Source: Mobula hypostoma
Lineage: Eukaryota
Assembly (NCBI RefSeq): GCF_963921235.1
Contig: NC_086108.1
Coordinates: 62,622,001 to 62,686,000 of the forward strand
Length of the DNA stretch: 64,000 nucleotides
Reading direction: 5' to 3'
Both the position numbers and the translations under genes were made by a program. The notes beneath the pieces are model-generated. The model made no database searches, had not been told where the DNA came from, and worked only from the letters and a program-made list of their open reading frames with translations. Shown here piece by piece: positions 24,845-36,887 of this stretch (the first letter of the stretch is position 1; every line of letters starts with the position of its first letter).

Positions 24845-24880
24845 AGTCCTGACGAAGGGTCTCGGCCTGAAACGTCGACT
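24845..24880 (+). ncRNA. Minimal type I hammerhead ribozyme motif
   Basis: Stem I agtc/gact; core CTGACGA 24849-24855; stem II agg/cct; GAAA 24869-24872; GTC triplet with predicted cut after 24876. Confidence 0.85.
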
Positions 24881-25011
24881 GCGCCTCTTCCTATAGATGC
24901 TGCTTGGCCTGCTGCGTTCACCAGCAACTTTGATGTATGTTGCTCAGATTTCACCTGGCTGGCTCACCGCGGCCAGCGGGTCTTCACCACTGCAGTAAGA
25001 AGCTTAAGAAG

Positions 25012-28000
25012 ATGAAACTGATTGTTGCCACATGGAATGTGCGAACAATGCTGGATAGCAACTCAAGACTGGAAAGGAGAACTGCTTTGATAGCTAAGGA
25101 ATTGGCAAGATACAACACTGATATTGCTACGCTCCAAGGGACAAGGATTGGAGGACAAGGCCAGATCCAAGAAAATACTCATACTTTCTTTTGGATTGGG
25201 AAAACCAACAAAAGGAGAGATGCAGGTGTGGCCTTCACTGTTTCCAACAAGATTGCTAGCAAATTGCCAACACTTCCGATAGGATCATGCGACTACGTGT
25301 TCCCATTGGAAAGGATCATTTCCTGAGTTTGATCAATGTGTATGCACCAACCATGGCATATTCCGACAAAGACAAGGAGTCCTTCTATCAGGAACTGGCT
25401 GAAGTAACCGATAATGTCCCTAGGGCAGACAAGCTGCTCATCTTGGGAGATTTCAATGCCAGGGTAGGCAAGGATCACAGCACCTATGAAGGTGTCATTG
25501 GCAAATTTGGTAAAGGAAAAAAGAACACCAATGGTGAACTTATACTAAACTTTTGAGCTCAGAGGGAATTGTGTGTTACCAGCACTTTCTTTTGTCAACC
25601 CGAGAAGAACTACTTCACCTGGATGCACCCAAGGTCAAAGCATTTCCACTTGCTTGACTACGTTGCGACTCGCAGAGCAGATATGCCAAAGGTTCTATCG
25701 ACAAAAGCAATACATGGAGCAGAGTGCTCATCTGATCATTACATGGTACGATCACAACTTACTTAAACTGCTGCTGCCAAGGCGAAAAACACCCAGTGAA
25801 GCACCCAAGAAATTGGATGTCAACAAGTTGGCCAGTGAGGAACATCAGAGGAGACTTGTCACAGCATTGACATTATCTCTCCAAGAAGACAAAGACCCTC
25901 TCAATGACCCAAACAATATTGAAGAATGCTGCAAGCAGCTCAAGAAAACCATCCATTCAACTGCAAGTGCGATGCTTGGCCACCCAAAGAGAAAAACTCC
26001 TGACTGATTTCAAGAACAAAATGATTCAATTCAAGAACTGTTGGAGATGAAACAAAGGCTTTATATGTGTCACTCGAAAGAGAACTCTGAAAGAAGCAAA
26101 GCAGCATTTAAGGCCATGAAAGCCAAAGTTCAAAGGGAGATCAGGGCTATGAAGAACAACTGGTGGAATAAGAAAGCAGAAGAACTGCAAGCAATGTCAG
26201 ACAGGAATGACTACCATGGGCTCTTCTCAGGACTGAAAGCTATCTATGGTCCAAGAAGCAATACAGTTGCCCCAGTAAAAACTGCAGATGGGAGCAATCT
26301 ATGCACTGACAGGAAAGACATCATTGAGCGCTCCTGTAACCTTCTAAACCAACAAGGTGCAGCTGACCGCACTGCATGTGAAAGGCTCACAACTAGACCG
26401 GTAAGAGAAGAGCTATGTGGACTCATCACTATGACAGAACTTAACAAGGCTTTAAAAGATACCAGAAGTGGTAAAGCACCCGGGCAAGATGGCATTCCAT
26501 CAGATGTACTGAAGCAAGGTGGTCTTGCTCTGAAGACTGAACTGTTGAACTTATATAATGCTTGTTGGCAGAGTCAATGTCTCCCTCAGGACTTCAAAGA
26601 TGTGCTGATAGTCACCATCTACAAGAAGAAAGGCGACCGTAGTGTTTGTGGAAACCACCGAGGAATCTCCCTTCTGTCCACAGCTGGCAAGTTTATGGCA
26701 AAGATACTGCTCAGCTGGCTCAAGATCGTCTCAGAAGATGTGCTTCCTGAAAGCCAACGTGGCCTTAGGGCTGGAAGAGCAACCACTGACATGATTTTTA
26801 CTTTGAGGCAACTGCAGGAGAAGGCAGTAGAACAGCAGCAAACATTGTACATTGTCTTTGTTGATTTCTCACAAGCATTTGATACGGCGGACAGAGAAAC
26901 ACTCTGGGAAGTGCTCAAAACTTATGACTGTCCAGATAGGCTGGTTACGATGATCAAACTGTTTCCTGAGAGCATGTCTGGCAAAGTATCTATCGGAGGA
27001 GACGTCAGCGAAGCCTTCACCATCAACCACGGGGTAAAACAGGGATGCGCTCTTGCTCCAACTTTGTTCACACCATATCTTGCTGCAGTTTTGGAAATAA
27101 TGGACCATAATTTGGACAAAGGTGTGTACATAGGACTCGCTCAGATGGAAAATTGTTCAACCTGTCAAGACTCAAGGCCTCAACCAAATCAAGAGAGATA
27201 TGTGTCAGAGAGCTTGTGTTTGCAGACGACTCAGCCCTGGTTGCTACTGACGTTAATGTGATTCAAGAAATTGTAGACCGGTTCTCATTTGCTGCCACTC
27301 TTTTTGGCCTAAGAATCAATGTCTCCAAAACTGAACTTCTGTACTAGCCTCCTCCTCTGGGTAGTCCCAGTGAGACCCAACCACCAGTCCTATCGGTCAA
27401 TGGGGTAGTGCTGAAATGTTCTGACTCTTTCACATACTTAGGAAGCGCTGTGACCAACACCAACTCATCAGATCTGGAAGTTGAGAGGAGAATTCAATCA
27501 GCTTCAAAAGTCTTTGGTGCTTTGCAGAAGCGACTTTGGTCTCACCACGACATTAAAATGGCAACCAAGGTCAAAGTGTATAACACAGCTGTTTTACCAT
27601 CTCTGTTTTATTCAACTGAAACGATGATATTGTATCAGAAGCACATCAAGAAATTGACCAAGACACAACACAGGCATTTATGCCAAATATTACACATCAA
27701 GTGGCAAGAGAGGGTACCAGATGTGGAGGTGCTCAAACGTGCTGGGACAGTCAGCGTAGAATCACTCATCACAGCTTCTCAGCTGCGTTGGACTGGTCAC
27801 GTCACAAGAATGAGTGATGATCGTTTACCCGAAGCTGTTTTCTCTGGCGAGCTACATGAAGGAAAGAGGAAGTATGGTGGTCAGAAGCTGCACTACAAGG
27901 ACATGCTCAAGCACCAGATGAAGAACACTGACATGAATGTCAACCCCTGGGAGAAAGATGCTCTGGACAGAAGAAGTTGGCACTGCGTTGTCAAGAAGTC

Positions 28001-28160
28001 AATCCCAGCTATCGAGGAGAAAAGGCAGAAGAAATATGAAGCAGGGCATGAATACAGACATTTGGTGCTAGACCAGTCAAATCACAAATGCAATCGATGT
28101 CAGAGGCCGTGCCGATCCAATGCTGGTCTTGTGGCCCATAAGCGTGTCTGCAGAGACTAA
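25012..28160 (+). pseudogene. RTE ORF: APE endonuclease, reverse transcriptase and C-terminal zinc finger, with several frameshifts and stops
   Basis: ATWNVRTM, NVYAPT, LGDFNARVG, SDHY, GKAPGQDGI, RGISLLS, GVKQGCALAPTLF, FADDSAL, CNRCQRPC...LVAHKRVC. Confidence 0.93.
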
Positions 28161-28271
28161 ACTCTCAGCACAGTCAACATCAAAATCGATGGACAGCCAA
28201 AGAAGAATGAATAATTTGCAAGCACTAGCTCTGATATTTAGTGTTGCTGGGAGTTGTCCATGGTTAGAATC

Positions 28272-28540
28272 CATTTATTTATTGAGATACAGCTCAGAGT
28301 CAGCTCTTCCAGCCCTTTGACCCCCCGATTTAACCCTAGCCTAACCACAGGACAATTTACAATGACTAATTAACCTACTAACCGGTACGTCTTTGGTCTG
28401 CAGAAGGAAACCGGAGCACCCACAGGAAACCCGCGCGATCGCGGACCGAACGTTCAACACTTTACAGTCAGCAGTGGGAATTGAACTCGGGTCGCTGGTA
28501 CTGTAAAGCACCATGCTAACCACTGAGCGACCGTGCCACC
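28272..28540 (-). mobile_element. V-SINE, full length
   Basis: Minus strand ggtggcacggtcgctcagtggttagc...gagttcaattccc head, V-domain, tail ctgtatctcaataaataaat. Confidence 0.85.
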
Positions 28541-28593
28541 TCAACAAGCAACTCAAATGCTAACCCGTGGATCCCAAACAAAACCAAATAATA

Positions 28594-28908
28594 CCATCAA
28601 GGGCACAACTCTTCCCATCATCGAAATGTGAACCCTCATCATCTGGGACGTGACCTCGTCTCATGCTACCATTGGAGAGATGGTACAGGAGCCTGAAGAA
28701 TCATACTCAACTTTCTAGGAAGAGTTTGTTCCCCTCTGCCATCAGAATTCTGAATGGTCCATGAACCATTCCTCCTTTTCACTATCTATCTATTGTAACT
28801 TCCTATGATTTTTTTAAATGTTTTGCACTGTACTGCTGCCATAAAACACACATTTCACAACATACTGTATGTCAGTGACAATAAACCTGATGTTGGTTCT
28901 GATTCTGA
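28594..28908 (+). mobile_element. Rex1 3' end, right part of the element split at 22694
   Basis: ggtacaggagcctgaag...ccctctgccatcaga; aataaacctga and (ttctga)n tail. Confidence 0.7.
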
Positions 28909-30167
28909 TGTCCATCGGTAAAAGTAGTTGCTGAGTTGTGTCAGAAAAATTGCCCGAGTGATTTTATGAGATATTTAACTCACTCTGTAATTGGTAATAT
29001 ACTGCATTATTCATTTACAGCTCCATGGATTTTACTTCAAAAAAGAAATTAAATCAAGTTCTCAATTAGTGCTATTATCAAATCAGTGTTGAACAGGTGA
29101 CATTGAGTTTGAAATGCGAACTTCATTTATAAGGCTGTAATACATCTATGCAGTCGCGCACAGATAAGTAAGTATGGTTCTCAGACAACATATGAAAACT
29201 TAGATTTTTAATATATAGAAATCAGAATAAATAACCACTCCTTCTAAATTTAAACCAAGCCAGTCAAAAATCAGAAGGTATAAATTTATTTGAAGCTTAT
29301 GGAAGAACAAGACAACCATAAACCAAAGTGTGGAGAGTTCAGCTGAACTTGAGGATAGTTAGCAAACCCACAATTATCTGTGGTCTATTTACTCGAACCT
29401 TCTGTGTTATACTAACTACATCCAAATCATTAAATTGACCATGTGCTATGTTTTGTCATTTTGTTGGCACCTCGTGTATTTAACTTTAATACTGCACTAT
29501 TGATTAATTTGCACAGAGCACTCATTTTAAAAAAATAATTGCAGTGCCCTGGTATGTGTTGTATCAATTTGCATTTGGGACCATCTGGTTTTCATCATGG
29601 TGATTGTCAAGTATGTATCCGTGGCTATGACTACCACAGTAAACCCAGGTGTAAGTTTTCTGCACTAACTTCTCATATTATTCAGTGGTACTTGCTGGGA
29701 AATGCCAGTAATTCTGTGCTGAAAAGCCACTATGATATTATTGAACTTGATCTGCCAGGGATTTCTGGTTGCTTTCTGACGTAGGCTTCCTATGGACTTT
29801 AGTGGTAGAGCACAAACTTGCTCAATGTTGTCCCAGCAACTAAGAACACAGCTATGATGTATATTCTATGAAATCAACCAGCTCAATCTGTTTACTGTTA
29901 GATGAGATATTACAGATTTTGCATGAAGTACATTTGATCTATTTATTAAAACAAAACACCAATCTCATTGTATCTTTATATTGAACTTCAGTGAATAATT
30001 ATGAAAGGAAGGATAACCTTCTACTCATGTAGTATCCTCATGACCTCAAGACAGCCATTTGGTTGCTTTCTGAATCATATGAGCATGACTGCTGAGAAAC
30101 TTGCCAAAGTCACCAAAACAACAATGTGCTGCTGGCCAGATAATTATTTCCAATGCTGCTAACTCAC

Positions 30168-30239
30168 AGAAGTTATTCTCGACAGCACCAACACAATGCT
30201 CCTGCTCTTCCTCAAGTCGTGGCTTGGAACCTGTTACAT
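30168..30239 (-). CDS. Candidate 72-nt symmetric exon of an unidentified host gene
   Basis: Minus strand ttttccctttttgatAG|...|GTgagt; open phase-1 frame (D)VTGSKPRLEEEQEHCVGAVENNF; no homology recognised. Confidence 0.3.
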
Positions 30240-30654
30240 CTATCAAAAAGGGAAAACAGTTTTAATCCTAATACATGATTAGCATGTGTCCTGAATTGGG
30301 CAGCATTCTCTTTAAACTTTCAGCGTAAGTGAGGATAGATTCAATGTTAAATTGACGTGGCAGATAGGCAAATATACAGACCACAAAGAATACTATTTCC
30401 CTAAAATATTTCAGGTGATCCCATTAGAGTAAGGTAATCTCATAAGATCCAAAGCAGGATTGGCCACATTTAGGGCAAGGCATAATGTTAAAGGACATGA
30501 AGCCAACACTAGCTCTGGCCACCAAGAGATTTGATTGTCTTTTTTTGATTTAAATGCTTGCTGATTTATATTTTCCTAACAGTGACCAGTGATTTGACAG
30601 TAAAGTTGCCGTTGATAAGGTTCTAAACATTATTTATGTAGAATACTTAACACT

Positions 30655-32491
30655 CAAGGCCAGATTTAGTGGGGCCTGGGCCCCTGGGCTGGAGGCCCTG
30701 GTGGGCCCCTGCCGACACCATAAAATGCTGCTGTACCAAGCAAAAAAAGGCAAGAACAAGAGCAAAGGTTATACTGGTCTAAATATCAAAGCTGTGGTCC
30801 AAGACATTGGTTTAGTACAATACGTAGGCTATGAACTTACAGGACTTAAGAGGGAGGACAGAAAGTAATACAGATTCCTAGTTCGAAGGACAGCATCTAA
30901 AGCACTCAAAAATTGACCTAGGCTTAGTTGGCTTAGTAAAGTTATGAGGGAGACAAAGTACGATGTACCCAATCTTAAATCTTTATTTATCTATTGCTGC
31001 ACATACCATAGGCCTTATCTCTCAAACAATGCCAAAACATTTTTATCTCGGTATTTTTCTCAACCGTGTGTTCTGAGAATGTAAAATGGAAATGAGAGAC
31101 AAAAAGGCCAAGAGACATGGCACTATGGCAAACTAGGAAACTTGACAATACTCCAACAATCTTTTTGAAAAATGAGATTTAGCACATACTAATCTATTGC
31201 TGTACTGTGTGGATTGCAGAGTAAAGACCACTTATTACTTACTAGGTTTGTAAACAGTCAACTATTAGCCTATTGCCAGAAAAACAGGAACAGCACTGAC
31301 AGACAAGCCTAGATATTTACAAAGTCAGATGCTTGTTTTTCAAAATTAAAGCCTAGTTCTTCTTTATTTCTTTGTAGCAAAGTCCTTGATCAGATCACTA
31401 AAATCCAGTTTCCGAACAAGGTCACTTTCAAGTGACATCAGAGTAAGATGATGCAGCCTGTCCTGTCCCATTGTGGATCCGAGTCTATGTAGTTGCCATT
31501 ATCAGGCCTACCAAATATGTCACTGGACCCTCGGATAGCCAGTCCCCTCTCGACCAAAACCTTCACAACCATCAACACTCTTCTCAATATGTCGGTGCAG
31601 TAGACACACTCTGACTCGAACTGTTTTTGCAGTTCTGTATCTATTCTTCTGCTGTCAGACGCTGGTGTAACTAGGTCAGTATTGTTTTCCTATGGTGTTC
31701 GCTATTTTCATGCTCTCCTATGCGCTCAGCGGCATGTTTCCAGTCGCTAAAGCCAGTTTCGAAGCTGGACTGACAGTTACTATCACTGAAGATGCATCAT
31801 GCAAGACAAAACACACACCCGGTGGATGGGAAATATAAGAGCCATTGCCTTGATATGTACTCACCATTTACGAGCTTGCGTTTGAAGTGAAATTTGGAGA
31901 AAAATACGTTTCTGCTGTGTGTATACTCATTCCGAAGCTTTGATATCCACATCCTTATTCTGGCAGGACTCCGGTCCTTTCTTAGACCAGTATGCTCGCT
32001 CGGACTGAATCATCTAACATCTCCTTTCCCCAGCAAGCAGGATCAGCGCTGTAAAGATCCTTAGTAGCGGTAGCGTTAACATTAATGGCAGGCCGACTTG
32101 GTTGTTCGGAGGCCTCTGTGGTGGGGAATCCCAAAGTAATGCTCTCTGCCTCTTCAACGTTAGCTGCTGACTGTGGCAAGGATGGTGGTCCTGTGCTAAT
32201 GCTAGCACTAGCTGTTGAACAAGTCTCCATTCGTCCACCGGTCTCAGACTGTGACAAGGGGAATGGTACTGCTGCATCATTGAGAACAGGTTTAAAAATT
32301 CTGTCAATTTCAACGTCCTTTTTAATGCTTCTTTCTCACAGTCCTCTTTTTCTTGTTTTTTTTTTCTTTCCTGTGTTCCACTCTCGTATTTTTTTTGGCC
32401 CGCCATGATGATAGCTACCTATTTCGGGCCCCTCTGCAGCTCAGGCCCCTGGGCTGCAGCCCAGCCTAGCCCTACCTAAAGTCCAGCCTTG
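30655..32491 (-). mobile_element. Internally deleted hAT transposon (Tip100/ZMYM1-like group)
   Basis: TIRs caaggccagatttag / rc caaggctggactttag; 8-bp TSD ttaacact/ataacact; minus-strand N-terminus MAGQKKYESGTQERKKK, GFSDWKH...EHENS and C-terminal STMGQDRLHHLTLMSLE. Confidence 0.88.
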
Positions 32492-34746
32492 ATAACACTA
32501 CATGTACTCTTGTATAGTTTATCCAGACCATGAACCACTTGAGCCTTCCTCCTTCTTTTCTCATCAAGATTTCTTTCTCCTTAAACGTTAATCTAGTCTC
32601 TCTAACATCTCTGTATTAGGTGAAATTGTGTTCCATATGGGTAGCCTTTTCACCTTCATTAATGGTCAAGCTGTACTTGCTCCACGTCGCCCTGTCAGTG
32701 TGACTATCCTTGAAGCCTTGCAGCTTTAGCTGCAGCCCCATGAGGCAATCAATCTGTAAATGCGAGCTAGGCCTCCGACAGCAGCCCCTGAGGCCTCACT
32801 TCAAAACTCCCAAAGCACAGAGGCCAAAAAAGGCTGTTATTTTGAGATTAGGATTTCAGAGGACAGTTATTTCTATATCCAGAGAGAGTTGAGAATATGA
32901 ATCCTTCCACCTTTAGGAACAAGTGTATTAAACAAATTGGACCATGTTTGTACAAACAAACATGGTACTTACAAAGTAATCCCATGCCCTGATGTTGGCC
33001 TTTCTGATCACATCTCCATAATGTTAATCCCAGCATACTGAGCGCTGCTGAAAACAGAGACCAATCAAGAGGACCATCATCTGAAGAATCACTCACAGAT
33101 TCAGGACGGTTTTGAAAGGGCAGACTGGCCAGGGTTCAAGGAGGCTGTAACAAGTGGAGAAGAGACAAACCTCGAGGAATATGCCTCATCTGTCATTGGC
33201 TACATCAGTAAGTGTGTAGACGACACTGGTACCTCAAGAAACATCATCTTATGGCCCAGCCAAAAGCCCTGGTTGAATGCAGAGGTGCACTCCCTACCAA
33301 AAACCCGAGACACTGCCTTCAAGTCCAGTCACAGAACAGCTCTCAGAGTAGCCAGGAGAAACCTCATCTTAGGCTTCTGTGAACAAAAAATTCAGGAACA
33401 CCTGTCTGACAATGATCCCTGGTGTATGTGGTTTGCCATCCAGGTCATTACTGACTATACAAGGAAAAATAGCATCGACTGTACCAGTGATGTCTCCCTC
33501 CCTAACACTCTAAACAACTTTTTTGCACGCCTTGAGGAATGCAACACAATACCAGCCACAAAAGCTAACCCTCTCCTAGATGAGCAGCCACTGTCAGTAA
33601 TAGGAGCAGATGTGAGAAGGATTCTGCAGAGAATCAACCATCATAAGGTGACTGGCCCACCCCAGACAGCATCCCAGGCCAAGAACACAGGGAATGTGTA
33701 CACTAGCTCACTGATGTCTTCATAGACATCTTCAACACTTCACTCATCCAGGATGCTGTCCCTACATGTTTTAAATCATCCACCACCATCCCTGTACCAA
33801 AAAACTCTCCAACTTCAGAACTAAACGATCACTGCCCAGCGGCACTGACGCCAATCTTCATGGAAGTGCTTTGCTTGGCTGATTATGGCACATATCAAAA
33901 ATTCCATTCCTGCCATAATGGTCACTCACCAAATGTTTACTGACAGAATCTCTCTACGACAGATACCACAGCATCGGTCATGCACCTGGCCCTGACACAC
34001 CTAGAAAACAATGACACTTATGTCAGAATGCTGTTTGTGAGTTTCTGTTTGGCATTCAACACTGTTGTCCCAGAGAGCAACCCCCTACTCTTTGGTGCAG
34101 TTGGGTGCTGGGCTTCCTAACTAACAGCCCTGGGATAGTCAACATTCACAGCTGCTCCTCCGTCTCCATCATCCTTAACACGGGTGCCCCCTGGGCTGTG
34201 TACTGAGCCCACTGCTGTACACTCTGCTCACACATAGCTGCATGGCCAAACACCCGAGTAATCACATGGTCCACTTCACTGATGACATGACAGTGGTGGG
34301 GTTCATCTCAAATAATGATGAGACGGCCTACAGAGTGGAGGTGGGAGATCTTGAGGCCTTATGGCAGGCAAATAACCTCTTCCTTAATGTCGACAAGATA
34401 AAGGAGATAGTTAATCAACTTCAGACAAACTCGCATCACTCACACACCCTGCGAGCAGTTTCAAACTCCTGGGAGTGCACATCACACACAACCTTTCATG
34501 GTCCCAGAATACATCCTACACAGTCAAGAAACACCTCTACTTTCTGACAAGGCTGAAAAGAGTTGGACTTTGCAATTTCATACACACCTCATTCCTCAGA
34601 AAGCATCCCTGATAAGCTGCATCACACAGAAATTGCACTACAGTGGACAGGAAGGCTTTACAATGGGGGAGTCAAAAGTGCTTAACACATTATCGGCGCC
34701 AGCCTGCCCACCATATATATACATGAAGGTGCCAGAAAGGGGCCAG

Positions 34747-36015
34747 TGTTGTAGCGTGGATGAAATTACCAGAGAGACAGTCACTGGTAGATAGAAAGCA
34801 GCTTCTTTATTCGACACAACAAGGTACAGCAAGCATCTTAACGGACGGAGACGCTTTCCGCAGAAAGGTCTGCTAGCTAAATGTGGGCTCGATATTTATA
34901 TGCTAAACCCAAAGGCAATCGCTACTTAAAAGTTATAGACAATACTTAGACAATGCTTCCTTTTGAAGCTACATACAAACATCACACCTTCGGATTTCAT
35001 CCTTTCCTCCTTTCACCAACATGTCTGGGTTGGTGTCCACAGCCTTTCGGAATGTAAGTTAAATCTATGATACATTTATTTGGCGTTTCCCATGCTAACA
35101 TAGAAGACAATTAATATTTATGTAGCCCCCCCCGGCCAGCCTCAGGGTCGCTCAGCTCGCTGTTGTCTAGGGAAACAGCCTCGGCCCCACCAAACTGGGT
35201 AATAGTTTGTGTGGATGCTGTGCGATGTACCCCACCCCGCCCAAATAACAGACAATACACCAGATGCAATTAAATGATTTACAGTTTATAGATATTACTG
35301 AAACTATATAATTAAGAGAGAATAAAATATAAAAGGAAAATAAAAGGCGCCACACTTATCAAAGTTCAATCTCTTAGTGCACAAAACAGTTGGAGCTCAA
35401 GGACCTTCGTCTTCGCCCTGCGACCCCTCGGACCACCTCGACCGGCCGCCTGGGACCAACAACGGTGGTCGACCAGACGCTCCACACGAGTCCGTCTCCG
35501 TCTCCTCGCCGAACGCCCTCCTCGGGGTCCGACTCCGTTAGCGGACATCACAGCACATCATCCATCCTCTGTCTCACTCTCCCGCCTTCTCCCCCAAAAC
35601 CCCGCGCATACAGTATCTTCAAATACACCAAAAACATAACAACTATCCCAATTGGTTAATAACACATTTCTTATCACACTTCAAACCAAACAAGCTGGTA
35701 GCGCAAACTTCCTCAGCGTTTAACACAACAAAGCCGCATTCCCCAGATTAGCATAACAAAGACGCCATTTTAATTAGTCTCCACAGTAACATAAAAGTCG
35801 AAACCCCTTTACATTTATAATGTATAGGTGATACTGCCTTCGAAACTACAGCATCAGGTCAAACTACCAGAAGCATCTGGTATTCACACCTTTTAGGAAG
35901 CCCATTGTGGTGGACTCAATCCACAGTCTTTGTCAAACAGTTAAAATAGAAGTCTGGTGGCCAAAGTGATTTAAGTGTAAACAAATCATCTACCCAAAAG
36001 AAATCCACTCTAACA
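34747..36015 (-). mobile_element. Solo LTR (outer) with short terminal inverted repeats
   Basis: Ends tgttgtagcgtggat...atccactctaaca; near-TSD gccag/cccag; Rex1 resumes exactly after it; aataaa on the minus strand at ~34806-34811. Confidence 0.72.
35121..35813 (-). mobile_element. Solo LTR (inner), CpG-rich
   Basis: tgta...taca ends; perfect 4-bp TSD ttta (35117-35120 / 35814-35817). Confidence 0.8.
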
Positions 36016-36682
36016 CCCAGTAACATTGGAAAGGATCCCACACTACCTGCTCATGGACTGGTAGTCTCACTCCCATTAGGGAGGAGGCTTCGTACAGTAG
36101 TATCCACACCAGGATCATTAGACTCAGTAAGTTACTTTCTCCAAGTAGTAAGTCTGATCAACACCTCCACCTACCAACTCCACCGTACTATAATATTTCC
36201 TCTTAGTCACCTTATATAAAGCCTAGCATCACTTTATGGACATACGATCCGTCTATGTGTATAAGCTATTTCATGTATTTATATTTATTTTGTTTTTAAA
36301 TTATTATTGTGTTTTTTACGTTTTGTGTTGTTTTTGTGCTGCCTCTGATCCGGGTTAACAATGATTTCGTTCTCCTTTACACTTGTGTACAGGAAATGAC
36401 ATTAAACAATCTTGAATCTTGAATCTTAAAATAATGGGCAAGATCAAGTTTGATAATTACAAAGGCCTTTGAAATGTTTCCAAATATTTATGATGATTGG
36501 TGAAATTTAAAAAATGTACAAAGGAATTAAAAATATGTACATAGAAGTTTGAAAGCATTTAAATAAAATAATAAATTCAAAATAATAAAATTTAGTTACA
36601 TTATTAAAATTAATGAAAAATATTGAGTAAAATTTATAAGCAAATTACTTCCTAATTTACATTGACAACCCAGGGTGTATCT

Positions 36683-36887
36683 CATACATGAGAAGGTCTG
36701 CAGATGCTGGAAACCAAAAGCAACACTCACAAAATGTGAGAGGAACTCAGCAGGCTAGACAGCACTATGGAAAAGAGTAAACAATCCAGTCCCGATGAAG
36801 GGCCTTGGCTCGGAACGTTGACCATTTACTCTTTTCCATAGATGCTGCTTGGCCTGCTGAGTTCCTCCAGGATTTTGTGTGTGTTGT
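36683..36887. mobile_element. 205-bp fold-back Penelope-derived mini-element with a mutated hammerhead in the loop
   Basis: Inverted arms ~36721-36781 / 36825-36886; TSD ccagggtgtatct (36670-36682) / ccaaggtgtatct (36888-36900). Confidence 0.82.

Larger units (their letters stand above)
23506..24939. mobile_element. Young fold-back (inverted) Penelope-like insertion in the RTE 5' UTR
   Basis: Near-identical inverted arms 23544-24007 / 24479-24944; 14-bp direct repeat ttgctcagatttca at 23492-23505 and 24940-24953. Confidence 0.92.
22726..28205 (+). mobile_element. Full-length RTE-clade LINE (inactive)
   Basis: APE-RT-zinc finger ORF remnants; 3' end cgatggacagccaaagaaga; TSD aattaataattt (22714-22725) / aatgaataattt (28206-28217). 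Confidence 0.9.
32690..36426 (+). mobile_element. Decayed long Rex1/Babar LINE interrupted by nested solo LTRs
   Basis: KPWLNAEV, LNNFFAR, GCVLSPLLY, HFTDDMTVVG motifs; (tcttgaa)n tail; the 5' boundary is approximate. Confidence 0.8.

Noticed and set aside
24343..24954. 203-aa minus-strand ORF and its mirror ORFs at 23492-23837
   Set aside because: These are antisense readings of the low-complexity Penelope arms, duplicated by the inverted repeat.
28470..28540. tRNA gene
   Set aside because: The A/B-box-like head runs directly into a V-domain and SINE tail, so it is a SINE head; the same applies at 6195, 19175 and 48195.
31400..32406. Domesticated ZMYM1-like host gene
   Set aside because: It is bounded by TIRs and a TSD, has frameshifts and stops, and lacks the catalytic core; the same applies to 41900-42860.
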